Assembly (NCBI GenBank): GCA_947477055.1 | Contig: CANJSX010000001.1 | Location: 1-50,464 of the forward strand | Origin: Sphingomonadaceae bacterium | GTDB taxonomy: Bacteria; Pseudomonadota; Alphaproteobacteria; Sphingomonadales; Sphingomonadaceae | Length of the DNA stretch: 50,464 nt | Direction: 5' to 3' | The notes under the pieces: model-generated | Database searches by the model: none | What the model was told of the DNA's origin: nothing | What the model saw: only the letters and a program-made list of their open reading frames with translations | Shown here: in pieces, positions 1 to 9,525 of the stretch | Numbering within the stretch: position 1 is the first letter of the stretch | Layout of the letters: each line of letters starts with the position of its first letter | Position numbers and translations under genes: made by a program

Positions 1-47
1 TCGACGATCCTGATGATCTCAAGCTTCTCGGATGCGGGATACCTCAT
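1..47 (-). CDS. IS3-family transposase OrfB, N-terminal fragment (MRYPASEKLEIIRIV...)
   Basis: ATG at 47 overlaps the orfA TGA (ATGA) in the -1 frame and runs off the window edge. Confidence 0.8.
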   Translation of the reverse strand, partial: MRYPASEKLEIIRIV

Positions 48-418
48 TCGTCGTCTCCCCCATCCGCGATCATGCTTTTTTTAAGCAATCGGATCTCGAG
101 CGCCTGTTCGGCGACGACTTCCTTCAGCGTCGTGGACTCGCGGCGCAGGCCCTTGACCTCGTCAGTGGTCGCAGCGCGGGCAGTGTCGCCAGCAAGGCGG
201 CGCTTGCCAGCCTCGAGAAACTCCTTCGACCAGACGTAATACAAGCTCTGGGCAATGCCCTCGCGGCGACACAGCTCGGCAATGCTGTCCTCACCGCGCA
301 GGCCGTCGAGCACGATCCTGATCTTGTCCTCGGCGGAATAATGCTTGCGCGTCGCGCGGCGAATGTCCTGCACCACCCGTTCACCGGGAGATTTTTGGGC
401 AGAGGGTTTTGGTCTCAT
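44..418 (-). CDS. IS3-family transposase OrfA
   Basis: RKHYSAEDKIRIVLDGLRGEDSIAELCRREGIAQSLYYVWSKEF HTH followed by a coiled coil ending LLKKS. Start taken at ATG 418. Confidence 0.9.
   Translation of the reverse strand: MRPKPSAQKSPGERVVQDIRRATRKHYSAEDKIRIVLDGLRGEDSIAELCRREGIAQSLYYVWSKEFLEAGKRRLAGDTARAATTDEVKGLRRESTTLKEVVAEQALEIRLLKKSMIADGGDDE
75..82 (-). other. -1 programmed ribosomal frameshift motif AAAAAAAG (orfA/orfB fusion)
   Basis: CTTTTTTT at 75-82 on the plus strand, at the 3' end of orfA, as in IS3-family elements. Confidence 0.8.
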
Positions 419-503
419 CTTCGTTCCTTCGTCACTACGATGAAACCAAAACCCTCCTCTGCTCAATACCGCATTCCTGTCTCATAGGTGCTGACGGGGA
501 ACA

Positions 504-1307
504 GGCTGGGATGACCCAGAGGGAGCCCTCCAGATCGATCTCCGACCATTCTGCGTGACGAAGCTCGCCAGGGCGCACGAAGACGTGTGGCGCCAGTTGG
601 AGGGCAAACTTGGTTAGACCCTGCCCCTCGTAGCCATCAATTGCTCGAAGTAGTTCTCCGACCTGCTTGGCATCAGTGATCGCGCCATAGTGGGTGACAG
701 TAGGTGCGGTCAGCGCGCCACGCAGGTCGCGTGTGGGATCAGAGGTAAGCCTCGCCGTTGCGACAGCGTAACGGAACACGGCGCTGGACAGCTGGAGGGT
801 GCGGCGGGCGCTTTCGAGGTTACCCTTCGCCTCGATCTTGCGAATGGCGGCGAGCACGTCTGGCGGTTCGATCTCGTTGATGGCCATTCGGCCAATCGAC
901 CTGTCGAGGAGCGACAGGAGGTATTCGCTGCGTTTAGCTGTAGCCGCTGACCAAGCCTTGTCACCGTCCCGCTTGCGCTTGTCGCAGAACTCCTTGGCAA
1001 TGGCAGTGAAGGTATTGTCAGCCTGTAAGCGGGACCGGACCTTATCGCGCTGCTTCTCGCGTGATGGATCCTTTCCAGCTGCCAGCAATTCCCGTGCGTC
1101 ATCTCGCCTCTTACGGGCCTCGGCCAAGCTTACTTCAGGGTAAGTCCCAATCCCCAGCTTCTTCTCACGGCCATCCACACGGTACTTCAACCGCCAGAGC
1201 TTCCCCCCAGATGGCTGGACCAGCAGGAACAGTCCGCCTGCGTCGCCCAGTTTGTAAGGCTTTGCGCGCGGTTTCGCATTCTTGATCGCTACGTCTGTGA
1301 GGGCCAT
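504..1307 (-). pseudogene. P4-like tyrosine integrase (Arm-DNA-binding N-domain), truncated by IS3 insertion
   Basis: MALTDVAIKNAKP...GGLFLLVQPSGGKLWRLKYR...KKLGIGTYPEVSLAEAR N-terminus and catalytic Arg in FVRPGELR. Homology stops at WVIPA where the IS end begins; the H-x-x-R and Tyr region is absent. Confidence 0.9.
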
Positions 1308-1396
1308 GGTCCACCGCGCCTTTTCGCCAAAAATGGCCCCCAAGTGGGGGCCATCCAAATCAAGCACTGCACCGCTGGCCCCTTACGTGGCCCCCA
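1298..1396. repeat. Five copies of a TGGCCCC-like motif (probable integrase arm-type sites)
   Basis: TGAGGGCCAT 1298-1307 (inverted), ATGGCCCCCA 1333-1342, TGGGGGCCAT 1345-1354 (inverted), CTGGCCCCTT 1375-1384, GTGGCCCCCA 1387-1396. Confidence 0.65.
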
Positions 1397-1509
1397 TTGC
1401 GAGGTGATTGCAGGCGAGCGACATCGAACGCCAACGGTCAGTTTGGCGAGGAATATAAAGAGTTCTGGGAGTTTTTCCAGACAAGGACGAACGTCAATGG
1501 ACTGGAAGA

Positions 1510-1583
<74 letters not shown>

Positions 1584-1620
1584 GTCTTAGCAGCTCCGAT
1601 CAGCTTTGCACTTGCAATTT

Positions 1621-1697
<77 letters not shown>

Positions 1698-1811
1698 TGA
1701 CTCGCCGGCCGGTTAGCAAACGCGGTGACGGGTGGCCAGTGGATAATCGCCGCGCCCGAAAATGCGCCATGGTTAGCGATTTGGTAGGAGCACTGGCGCT
1801 ATCGACCGGGC

Positions 1812-2240
1812 ATGAACAGCCCGAACGGTCCAACCGCGCCAATGCGCTCTAACGCTGCGAGTTTGCCCGGATCGGGCAGGTCGGCCTTTGGCCAGGCCGG
1901 GACCAGCGCCATGGGCATGAAGTGGTCTGCGCTCCACGATGCCGCAGCGGTGGTCGGCACACTGGCCGGGACCGCCGGTGCGGCGATGTCGACCGAGCTG
2001 CGCAATTTCCCCGCCGCAATGCAAGACGCCGGTGGCTGGCGACTGGGCTTGACGCAGCAGGGCATCGACGATCTCGCCGCGATCATGGAGCCCGGTCTCG
2101 CCGCACTGCTCGCTGCGCATGCCCGGGGTGCAGCAACCTCAGCCCCGGCACTGGCCCTGTGGGAAGAGTTTCTCGCGGCCCGCGCGGCGTTACTGGCGCT
2201 GACGCCACCGCCGGCAGCCGCTCCGCTGCGCATGACCTGA
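1812..2240 (+). CDS. Hypothetical protein (142 aa)
   Basis: ORF with genome-like codon usage filling the tRNA-mmcB gap; no recognisable motif. Confidence 0.7.
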   Translation: MNSPNGPTAPMRSNAASLPGSGRSAFGQAGTSAMGMKWSALHDAAAVVGTLAGTAGAAMSTELRNFPAAMQDAGGWRLGLTQQGIDDLAAIMEPGLAALLAAHARGAATSAPALALWEEFLAARAALLALTPPPAAAPLRMT

Positions 2241-2263
2241 TACGCGTCGCCGGGGCTTTTCAA

Positions 2264-2278
2264 GTTCCTGCTATGTTC
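2264..2278 (+). promoter_or_regulatory. Alphaproteobacterial LexA (SOS) box
   Basis: GTTC-CTGCTAT-GTTC is a perfect GTTC-N7-GTTC, 13 nt before the mmcB start; mmcB is a known SOS gene. Confidence 0.9.
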
Positions 2279-2291
2279 CTATGACGGGGAT

Positions 2292-2765
2292 ATGGCTTCC
2301 GCCCCACCCCCATCGATTCGCGATGATCGTGCCGCGCGCGAGGTGTCGCGCGGCATCTGCCGGCTCTTCGCCCGCAACGATATCTGGTGCCTGCCCGAGA
2401 TGTCACTGCGCTCGGGTCGCCGCACCGATTTGATGGGGATCGACGCGCGTGGCCATGTCATCATCGTCGAGATCAAGGTCAGCCGGGCCGATCTGCTCGG
2501 CGATGCCAAATGGCCCGACTATCTCGACTATTGCGACCGCTTCTACTGGGGCCTTGCCCCCGATCTGGACCGCGCTTGCATGGAGACCGAGGCCTTCATG
2601 CCCGAACGCTGCGGGCTGATCGTCGCCGATGGCTATGATGCGGAGATCCTGCGCCCCGCCCCGCTGGTCCCGCTCGCCGCCGCGCGCCGCAAGGTGGAGG
2701 TGGAGCGGCTCGCCCGTGCGTCCCTGCGCCGGCATCTGGGGCTGGTCGATCCCGGCATCGGTTAG
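2292..2765 (+). CDS. mmcB: MmcB-family DNA repair protein (PD-(D/E)xK-like)
   Basis: EMSLRSGRRTDLMG...IVEIKVSRADLLGDAKWPDYLDYCDRFYW...GLIVADGYDAEILR, plus the upstream LexA box. Confidence 0.88.
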   Translation: MASAPPPSIRDDRAAREVSRGICRLFARNDIWCLPEMSLRSGRRTDLMGIDARGHVIIVEIKVSRADLLGDAKWPDYLDYCDRFYWGLAPDLDRACMETEAFMPERCGLIVADGYDAEILRPAPLVPLAAARRKVEVERLARASLRRHLGLVDPGIG

Positions 2766-2806
2766 CGCCACTGTCAATCCGGTCCAAGCTGGGCCATAGC
2801 GGCACC

Positions 2807-3529
2807 ATGGATGCAGCAACCGGCGCAGCCCTGCTCTCGGCGCTCGCGATGACCGCGATCGTGGCGCTGCGCTATCTCGCGACAAGCGGAGGGTTCGCCT
2901 GGGCGACCGCGCGGATCCGACCCGGCCTTTACGCCAGTCTCGGCCCGCAGATCCGCAAGGAGATCGGCTGGTCGCTGCTGTCCTCGGCGATCTACGGGCT
3001 GCCGGCCGGGATCGTCGCCTGGGGCTGGCAAGCGAAAGGCTGGACGCGGATCTACACAAATGTTGGCGCCATGCCGCTGTGGTGGCTCCCAGCCTCGCTG
3101 CTGCTCTATCTGCTGGCGCATGACAGCTGGTTCTACTGGACCCACCGCTGGATGCATGAGCCACGCCTGTTCGCCATGGCGCATGCCGTGCACCACGCCA
3201 GCCGCCCGCCCACTGCCTGGGCAGCGATGAGCTTCCACCCGCTCGAGGCGGTGACCGGAGCCATCGTCATTCCGGCGCTGGTGTTCCTGATCCCGATCCA
3301 CGTCGCCGTGCTCGGTCTGGTGCTGCTGCTCATGACCGTTATGGGCGTGACCAACCACATGGGCTGGGAAATGTTTCCCCGCGCCCTCGTCCATTCCCGG
3401 CTGGGCGGCTGGCTGATCACTGCCAGCCACCACCAGCGCCATCACGAGCAATATCTATGCAACTACGGCCTCTATTTCCGCCATTGGGACAGATTATGCG
3501 GCAGCGATCGCGGCATCTCGCGGCTCTGA
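2807..3529 (+). CDS. crtG: Sterol-desaturase-family hydroxylase, probably carotenoid 2,2'-beta-hydroxylase
   Basis: His boxes HRWMH, HAVHH, HHQRHH and NYGLYFxxWDR. Motifs LRYL, PLWWLPxSL, YLLAHD and WLITA match CrtG as recalled. Confidence 0.7.
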   Translation: MDAATGAALLSALAMTAIVALRYLATSGGFAWATARIRPGLYASLGPQIRKEIGWSLLSSAIYGLPAGIVAWGWQAKGWTRIYTNVGAMPLWWLPASLLLYLLAHDSWFYWTHRWMHEPRLFAMAHAVHHASRPPTAWAAMSFHPLEAVTGAIVIPALVFLIPIHVAVLGLVLLLMTVMGVTNHMGWEMFPRALVHSRLGGWLITASHHQRHHEQYLCNYGLYFRHWDRLCGSDRGISRL

Positions 3530-3951
3530 TCCTCCTTGCGCTGACGCCGGTACCGCTGGCGGCCCAGCCCGCGGCGGGAGATTTCGTGATCCCCGTCACC
3601 AACCTGCGCAGTGCCCGTGGGCAGATCCTCGCCTGCCTCGTAGCCACAGCGCGGGCCTTCCCTGATTGCAGCCGCGATCCTGCCGCTCACAAGCTCATTG
3701 TCCCGGTAGCGGGCGCCAGCGCTGTGCTCGATTTCGGGCCCATCCCGGCGGGGACCTGGGCGATCGCGGTGATCCACGACGAGAACGGCAACGGGCGGAT
3801 GGACAAGGCGCTGATGATGCCGAAGGAAGGCTTCGGCTTTTCACGCGATGCGCCGGTGCGCTTCGGTCCGCCGAGCTTCACCCAGGCCGCCTTTGCCCTC
3901 GGCGGTGAGCCGCCGGCGCATATGGTGATCCGGATGCGTTATATGTTTTAG
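3496..3951 (+). CDS. DUF2141-family exported protein
   Basis: Signal peptide and AIAVIHDENGNGRMD...PKEGFGFSRDA...FGPPSF motif; overlaps the end of the upstream gene. Confidence 0.8.
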   Translation: MRQRSRHLAALILLALTPVPLAAQPAAGDFVIPVTNLRSARGQILACLVATARAFPDCSRDPAAHKLIVPVAGASAVLDFGPIPAGTWAIAVIHDENGNGRMDKALMMPKEGFGFSRDAPVRFGPPSFTQAAFALGGEPPAHMVIRMRYMF

Positions 3952-3998
3952 CCGCTCGAGGTCTTGCGGACTGCGCGCTGCGACCGTAACCTCAGGCC

Positions 3999-5267
3999 AT
4001 GAGCGACGCGCAGCACCCGACTGAATTAACAGCGTCTCGTCACCTCCAGCCCGGCAGTGTGCTGGCCCCGTTCCGCTCTCCCGCCTTCCGCGCGATCTGG
4101 ATCGCCAACCTCGCTTCGAACCTAGGCAGCATGGCGCAGGCCGTCGGCGCGGCCTGGCTGATGACCGGCATGACCAAATCGCACCTGCTGATCGCGCTGG
4201 TCCCGGCCTCAAGCACCCTGCCGATCATGCTGTTCGGGATGTTCGCCGGCGCAATTGCCGACAACTACAACCGCCGCCACGTGATGCTGGCGGCGCAGAT
4301 CGGGATGCTGCTCGCCGCTGCGCTGCTGGCGGTACTTACCTGGATGAAGCTGGCCAACCCTGCGGTGCTGCTGCTGTTCACCCTGTTCATCGGGACCGGC
4401 ACGGCACTGAACGGTCCGGCATGGCAGGCCTCGGTCAGGTTGCAGGTCGGGATGCGAGACCTGCCGCAGGCGATCTCGCTCAACACCATTTCCTTCAACC
4501 TCGCGCGCAGCATTGGCCCGGCGCTGGGCGGGCTGCTGATATCGCTGTGGGATGTGTCCTTTGCCTTCGCGCTTAACGCGGTCAGCTACATCTTCATGAT
4601 CACGGTGCTGTGGCGCTGGCGGCCCGAATTGCCCGCGCCGGCCCGCCGGCCGATCCTCCCGGCAATCGCGATCGGGCTGCGTTTCTGTGCCGGCTCGGTG
4701 CCGATCCGCAAGGTGCTGCTGCGCGGGCTGGTGGTGGGGTTCGGCTTCTCGGCCTATCAGGCGCTGGTCCCCTCGCTGGTGCGCGGGCAGATGCATGGCA
4801 ACGAGATCGATTACGGGCTGATGCTCGGCATGTTCGGGATCGGTTCGGTCTGTTCCGCGCTGTTCGTCAGCAAGGCACGGCGGCGCTGGGGGGCCGAGAC
4901 GGTGACCGGCATCGCAATGCTGACCTTCGCCCTCGGCCAGTCGCTGCTCGCCGAAAGCCACACACTGGCTTTCGGGCTGTTCGCCGCGCTGGTCGCAGGG
5001 CTGGGCTGGGTGACCGCGCTGACCAGCACCAACGTCGCAATGCAGATGCGCTCGCCCGAGGATATTCTCGGGCGCTGCCTTTCGATTTATCAGGCCGTGA
5101 CCTTTGGCGGTATGGCGATGGGCGCCTGGTCGTGGGGCATGATCGCCGACTGGCGCGGCACCTCCTTCGCTCTGCACGCGGCTGGCGGCTGGCTGGTTGC
5201 CACGCTCGTGCTGCTGCGAACCTTTGCTCCCATGCCGACGCCCTCCGAGGGGCGTATCGAGCACTGA
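3999..5267 (+). CDS. MFS transporter (MFS_3/DUF894 type)
   Basis: About 12 hydrophobic segments; FRAIWIANLASNLG, GAIADNYNRR, LNTISFNLARSIGPALGG. Confidence 0.9.
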   Translation: MSDAQHPTELTASRHLQPGSVLAPFRSPAFRAIWIANLASNLGSMAQAVGAAWLMTGMTKSHLLIALVPASSTLPIMLFGMFAGAIADNYNRRHVMLAAQIGMLLAAALLAVLTWMKLANPAVLLLFTLFIGTGTALNGPAWQASVRLQVGMRDLPQAISLNTISFNLARSIGPALGGLLISLWDVSFAFALNAVSYIFMITVLWRWRPELPAPARRPILPAIAIGLRFCAGSVPIRKVLLRGLVVGFGFSAYQALVPSLVRGQMHGNEIDYGLMLGMFGIGSVCSALFVSKARRRWGAETVTGIAMLTFALGQSLLAESHTLAFGLFAALVAGLGWVTALTSTNVAMQMRSPEDILGRCLSIYQAVTFGGMAMGAWSWGMIADWRGTSFALHAAGGWLVATLVLLRTFAPMPTPSEGRIEH

Positions 5268-5305
5268 AAACAAAAAACTCCCGCCCGCACCGCGCCCGGC
5301 GCAAC

Positions 5306-5324
5306 TTAACGGTAAGTTTACCAT
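5306..5324 (+). promoter_or_regulatory. Probable CtrA binding site
   Basis: TTAA-CGGTAAG-TTTACCAT is TTAA-N7-TTAA with one mismatch, about 45 nt upstream of ATG 5369. Confidence 0.5.
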
Positions 5325-5368
5325 GTTGCGCCAGAAGGACACCTGATTGAGACAGGTGGGGTGTCCAG

Positions 5369-7105
5369 ATGGATACGTATCGCGGACAAATTACTGATCG
5401 CCTTGAAGGTGAATACGGCTCGGCGTCCAACGACGCCCGAGACTAAGAGGTCACCCAGGAAGCGCCGCCGAGTCCCGTCGGTCAGGACGAGCGCCGCATG
5501 CAGGTGCGGGCCTATAATTTCTGGGCCGCCATGCTCGATGGGCGCAACTTCCCCTCGATCGAGGACCTAGATCCGCAAGATCTGCCCGATTTCGGCCCCT
5601 ACAGCGTGCTGCTGGATTTCACCGGGGGCATCGACAACCCGGCGGTACAGTTCCTTGGCGACACGCTGGCCGAGGAATGCGGCGACGGCCAGGCGATTCG
5701 CCACCTCGCTGACGTCCCGGCCCGTTCGCTGCTGTCGCGCATTACCGACCACTATATGCAGATTCTCGCCAACCAGGCGCCGATCGGTTTCGAGGCGGAG
5801 TTCGTGAACCAGCGCGAATCGACAATCCTCTATCGCGGGATCCTGCTGCCGTTTTCGAGCGACGATGAAACTATCGACTTCATCTACGGCGTGATCAACT
5901 GGAAGGAACTGGCCGACCAGAAGGCGACCGAAAGCCTGCTGCTCGAAGTCGAACAGGCGCTGGAAGCTCCGGCGGAACCGATCCGCCACGCAGCACCGAT
6001 GCCCGAATGGGCCGATGGCCCGGCCGACGAACCTACTGTGCTCGATCCCAATGTGCTCGACCTCGGTGCACCGCTCGACGAGGAAGTCGAAGACTTCGAC
6101 TGGCCCGAACCGGAGTTCGGCTCCGAGGGCTACGCCGTCGAGACCGCCAGCGAGCTTCCCGAAGTCGCCTTTGGCGAAGTCGTGCCGGATGAGGCCCCGC
6201 TCACGCTCGACCTGGTCGATGAGATCGAAGACGACGAACTTGAGGACGACGAGCTCGATCTCGCGGCCTTCTCGGTACCGGAACTGGAACCCGAGCTCGA
6301 AACCGAAACCGGCGAAGCAGTCGAAGAACCGGTAACGGTCTTCGAACTGGAAGTCGCTGAGGAAGAACTCCCGGTCGAAACCGCGCCGATCGTCATCGCC
6401 GCAGTCGAGCCGGAATTTGCACCCGCCGAAGCAGCTCCTGCCGAGGCCTTTGCCGAACTCGACCTTGGAGCCTTTGCCGCCGAGGAGCTCGATCCCGAGG
6501 ACATGGGCCTGGCCGACTGGCTCGCCTCGGCCCGCGAACTCGCGCAAGCCGCGCAGGGCTCCGAGGACCGCACGCGCGACGCACTCTACGATGCGATCGG
6601 CCGCGCTTTTGACTTCTCGATCGCCGACGCCGACGCGCCAGAGGAATTCGACGAGCTGCTGGTCGATTCCGGCCTGACTGTCCAGGATCGCGCGCCGATG
6701 ACCCCGGTGGTCAAGCTGGTGTTCGGCGCCGATTACGACAAGACCCGCCTGACCGAATATGCCTCGGCGCTGAGCCATGCCCATCGCCTCGGCCTCGCCC
6801 GGGGCGAACTCACCGGCTTCCTCTCCTCCGCCTCCGGCGGGCTCAAGGGCGTGGTCAACGCCGAGCGCCGGCTCAAGCGCGAGGAAAGCGGCAAGGCGGT
6901 CGAACCGCTTGTCGGCCCACGCGAAACGCTGGCACGCAAGCTGCGCAAGCTCGATCATATGCCGCTGAGCGAAGTCAGCTCTGAAGGCAGCGAATTCACC
7001 TTGCTGATCGCCCGCCGGCTTCCCGACGGCGAAGTGGTGCTGCTCGGCGAAGTCTCCGACGACGTGCCGCTGCTCGAACGCGCCGCCCGCCGCCTGCTGG
7101 CCTGA
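5369..7105 (+). CDS. PAS-like domain protein with long acidic linker; in-frame TAA at 5444-5446 (open from ATG 5498)
   Basis: N-terminal PAS-like segment (LLSRITDHYMQILANQAPIGFEAEF...YRGILLPFS...FIYGVINW), very E/D/P-rich middle, helical C-terminus. ATG 5369 has an upstream GGTGGGG and is in frame except for one TAA. Confidence 0.75.
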
Positions 7106-7190
7106 TCTTACCCCAGTCCCGGCGAGTGGATCGGGCGCCATGCTGCAAGGCATGGCGCCCGATCTGCATTGCAGCTAGGCTGGCCGGATC

Positions 7191-8141
7191 ATGGCAGTGC
7201 AAGTCAGGCGGATCGGCTGGATGAAGAGTGCGGCAATCGTGCTGGCGGTGGCGGCGATCCTGCTATTTGGCGCTTGGCGCTATGCCATGGCCACCAACGC
7301 CGTCGCCCTGCTGGACTTTGCCGACCGCGTGATCGGCGGCACTTCGGGCACGAAGCTCGCGCTTTCCGGTGAGCGTTACGGAGCTGAGGCCGACCAGCGG
7401 CTCGAGGTGATCGTACCCGATACGCCCGCCACAACGCCCCGCCCGGTGCTGCTGTTTATCTTCGGCGGCGCCTGGAAGAACGGTCATCCCGAGGATTACC
7501 GCTTCGTCGGCAGAAGCTTTGCCCGTGCCGGCTATGTCGTGGTGATCGCAGGCTATCGCCTTGTTCCGGAAGGCATCTTCCCGGCCATGCTTGACGACGG
7601 TGCGGCGGCGACGCGCTGGACAGTCGACAACGCGGCAAGGTTTGGCGGCGATCCGGCCCGGCTCTATCTGATGGGGCATTCGGCCGGCGCCTATAATGCC
7701 GCGATGCTGGCGCTGGATCCGCAATGGCTGGCGCAGCAGCGCCTTGCGCCGACTGCGATCAAGGGGCTGGTCGGCCTGTCCGGGCCATACGACTTCTACC
7801 CCTTCACCTCGGCGGATACGCAGGCCGCATTCGGGCATGTCGGCGACCCCGCCGCAACCCAGCCGATCTTGTTCGTCCATCCCGGCGCACCGCCGATGCT
7901 GCTGCTGTCCGGCGCGGAAGACGAGACGGTCAAGCCCCGCAATTCGCTCGTCCTGGCCAAGGCGCTGACTGCGGCCGGCATGCCCAACCAGGCCGTCCTT
8001 CTGGCCGGGGTGGACCACACCGGGACGATCATGCGGCTCGCCCAGCCCTATGCCAGGGATCACCGGGTGATCGACGCCGCACTGGCCTTCCTTTCGGCTC
8101 ACGGCGGCGCTTCAGCGCCGGTTCATGGCGCAAGCGATTAG
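7191..8141 (+). CDS. Alpha/beta hydrolase (esterase/lipase)
   Basis: GHSAG nucleophile elbow, FGGAW oxyanion loop, D-x-T-V and VDH catalytic motifs, N-terminal TM/signal segment. Confidence 0.88.
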   Translation: MAVQVRRIGWMKSAAIVLAVAAILLFGAWRYAMATNAVALLDFADRVIGGTSGTKLALSGERYGAEADQRLEVIVPDTPATTPRPVLLFIFGGAWKNGHPEDYRFVGRSFARAGYVVVIAGYRLVPEGIFPAMLDDGAAATRWTVDNAARFGGDPARLYLMGHSAGAYNAAMLALDPQWLAQQRLAPTAIKGLVGLSGPYDFYPFTSADTQAAFGHVGDPAATQPILFVHPGAPPMLLLSGAEDETVKPRNSLVLAKALTAAGMPNQAVLLAGVDHTGTIMRLAQPYARDHRVIDAALAFLSAHGGASAPVHGASD

Positions 8142-8147
8142 ACGCCT

Positions 8148-9515
8148 GTGATGATCCGCTCCCTGCGCCTTGCGGCCCGAAGCCTTGCGCTGCTTGCAGC
8201 GGCGGCGCTGGCGATCCAGCCGGTCGCCGCACAGTCGGTCCTGCGCGATGCCGAGACCGAAGCGCTGCTGCATGACATGGCCGACCCGATCATCGCTGCG
8301 GCCGGGCTCGATCCGCGCAATGTCGACATCGTGCTGGTCAACGACAGCTCGATCAATGCCTTCGTTGTCGGCGGGCAGGCGGTTTACCTCCATTCGGGCC
8401 TGATCAACGAGGCGGCCAGCGCCAACGAGGTGCAAGGCGTGATCGCCCATGAACTCGGCCACATCACCGGCGGGCATGCGATCAACGACGGCGGCGGCAA
8501 GGCCGCGCAGAACATCACCCTGCTCTCGCTGCTGCTCGCCGGAGCCGTCGCGGCGGCAGGCGGGGGCGAAGCCGCAATGGGCGTGATGATGGCCGGGCAA
8601 CAAGCTGCGCTGGGCAAGTTCCTGGCCTTTACGCGCGGACAGGAAGAGGCTGCCGACGCTGCCGGCGCCCAATTCCTCGCCAAAGCCGGTATCACCGGGA
8701 AGGGCTCGATCGGCTTCTTCCAGAAGCTCCAAGGCATGGAATATCGCCACGGCTTCACCCGCGATGCCGATAGCGAGTTCTATTCCACTCACCCGATGAC
8801 GGCCGATCGCATCGCCAGCCTGACGGAAATCTACGAGAAGGACCCGGCCTGGACTCGGCCGCTCGATCCGGCGCTCGAGGCCCGCTTCCAGCGGGCCAAG
8901 GCCAAGCTCTTCGGCTATCTCGCCGATCCCGCCGATACGCAACGCACCTATCCCGCCAGCGATACCAGCATCGCGGCGCGCTACGCCCGGGCCTATGCCT
9001 GGCACAAGGACGGCTTCCTCGACAAGGCGACCGCCGAGACCGACGCGCTGCTCGCGCTGTCTCCGTCCGACCCCTATTTTCTCGAGCTCAAGGGCCAGGT
9101 CCTGCTGGAAGGCGGACATCCGCGCGAGGCGCTCGCGCCGCTACGCCGTGCGACCGAGCTGACCGCCAACCAGCCGCTGATCGCCACCACCTTCGGCCAT
9201 GCGTTGATCGCCACCGAAGACCACGCCAACTTCCCGGAGGCGCTGCGCGTGCTCAAGGCAGCCGTCGCGCGTGACCGGGAGAATCCCTTCGCCTGGTACC
9301 AGCTCGGCGTGGTCTATGCCGCCAATGGCGACATGCCCCGCGCCCGGCTCGCCAGCGCCGAACAACAGGTGATGAGCGGCCAGGTGACCGCCGCACTGGC
9401 CAGCGCCGAGGCCGCCGAGGCCGAGCTGCCGACCGGTTCGCCCGATTGGCTGCGGGCCCAGGACATCGCCATGGAAGCGCGCGCCGCGATAGAACGCGCC
9501 CGCGATCGCAAGTAA
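8148..9515 (+). CDS. M48-family metalloprotease with TPRs (BepA-like)
   Basis: Signal peptide, INAFV, HELGH zinc motif, E-x-x-AD, STHP, C-terminal TPR helices. Confidence 0.9.
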   Translation: MMIRSLRLAARSLALLAAAALAIQPVAAQSVLRDAETEALLHDMADPIIAAAGLDPRNVDIVLVNDSSINAFVVGGQAVYLHSGLINEAASANEVQGVIAHELGHITGGHAINDGGGKAAQNITLLSLLLAGAVAAAGGGEAAMGVMMAGQQAALGKFLAFTRGQEEAADAAGAQFLAKAGITGKGSIGFFQKLQGMEYRHGFTRDADSEFYSTHPMTADRIASLTEIYEKDPAWTRPLDPALEARFQRAKAKLFGYLADPADTQRTYPASDTSIAARYARAYAWHKDGFLDKATAETDALLALSPSDPYFLELKGQVLLEGGHPREALAPLRRATELTANQPLIATTFGHALIATEDHANFPEALRVLKAAVARDRENPFAWYQLGVVYAANGDMPRARLASAEQQVMSGQVTAALASAEAAEAELPTGSPDWLRAQDIAMEARAAIERARDRK

Positions 9516-9525
9516 GCCCGGCAGC

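Larger units (their letters stand above)
1..503 (-). mobile_element. IS3-family insertion sequence (left end; continues beyond window start)
   Basis: Minus strand starts TGTTCCCCGTCAGCACCTATGAGACAGG at 503 (IS3-type 5'-TG end). Contains an HTH orfA, an A7G slippery site and the start of orfB. Interrupts the integrase exactly at 503/504. Confidence 0.9.

Noticed and set aside
435-503. Integrase C-terminal tail CSPSAPMRQ...
   Set aside because: Read-through into the IS end, not integrase sequence.
6200-6500. GAA/GAG/GAC-rich low-complexity DNA as a repeat element
   Set aside because: Explained by coding for the acidic linker.
5567-7153. 528-aa minus-strand ORF
   Set aside because: Mirror of the acidic PAS protein.
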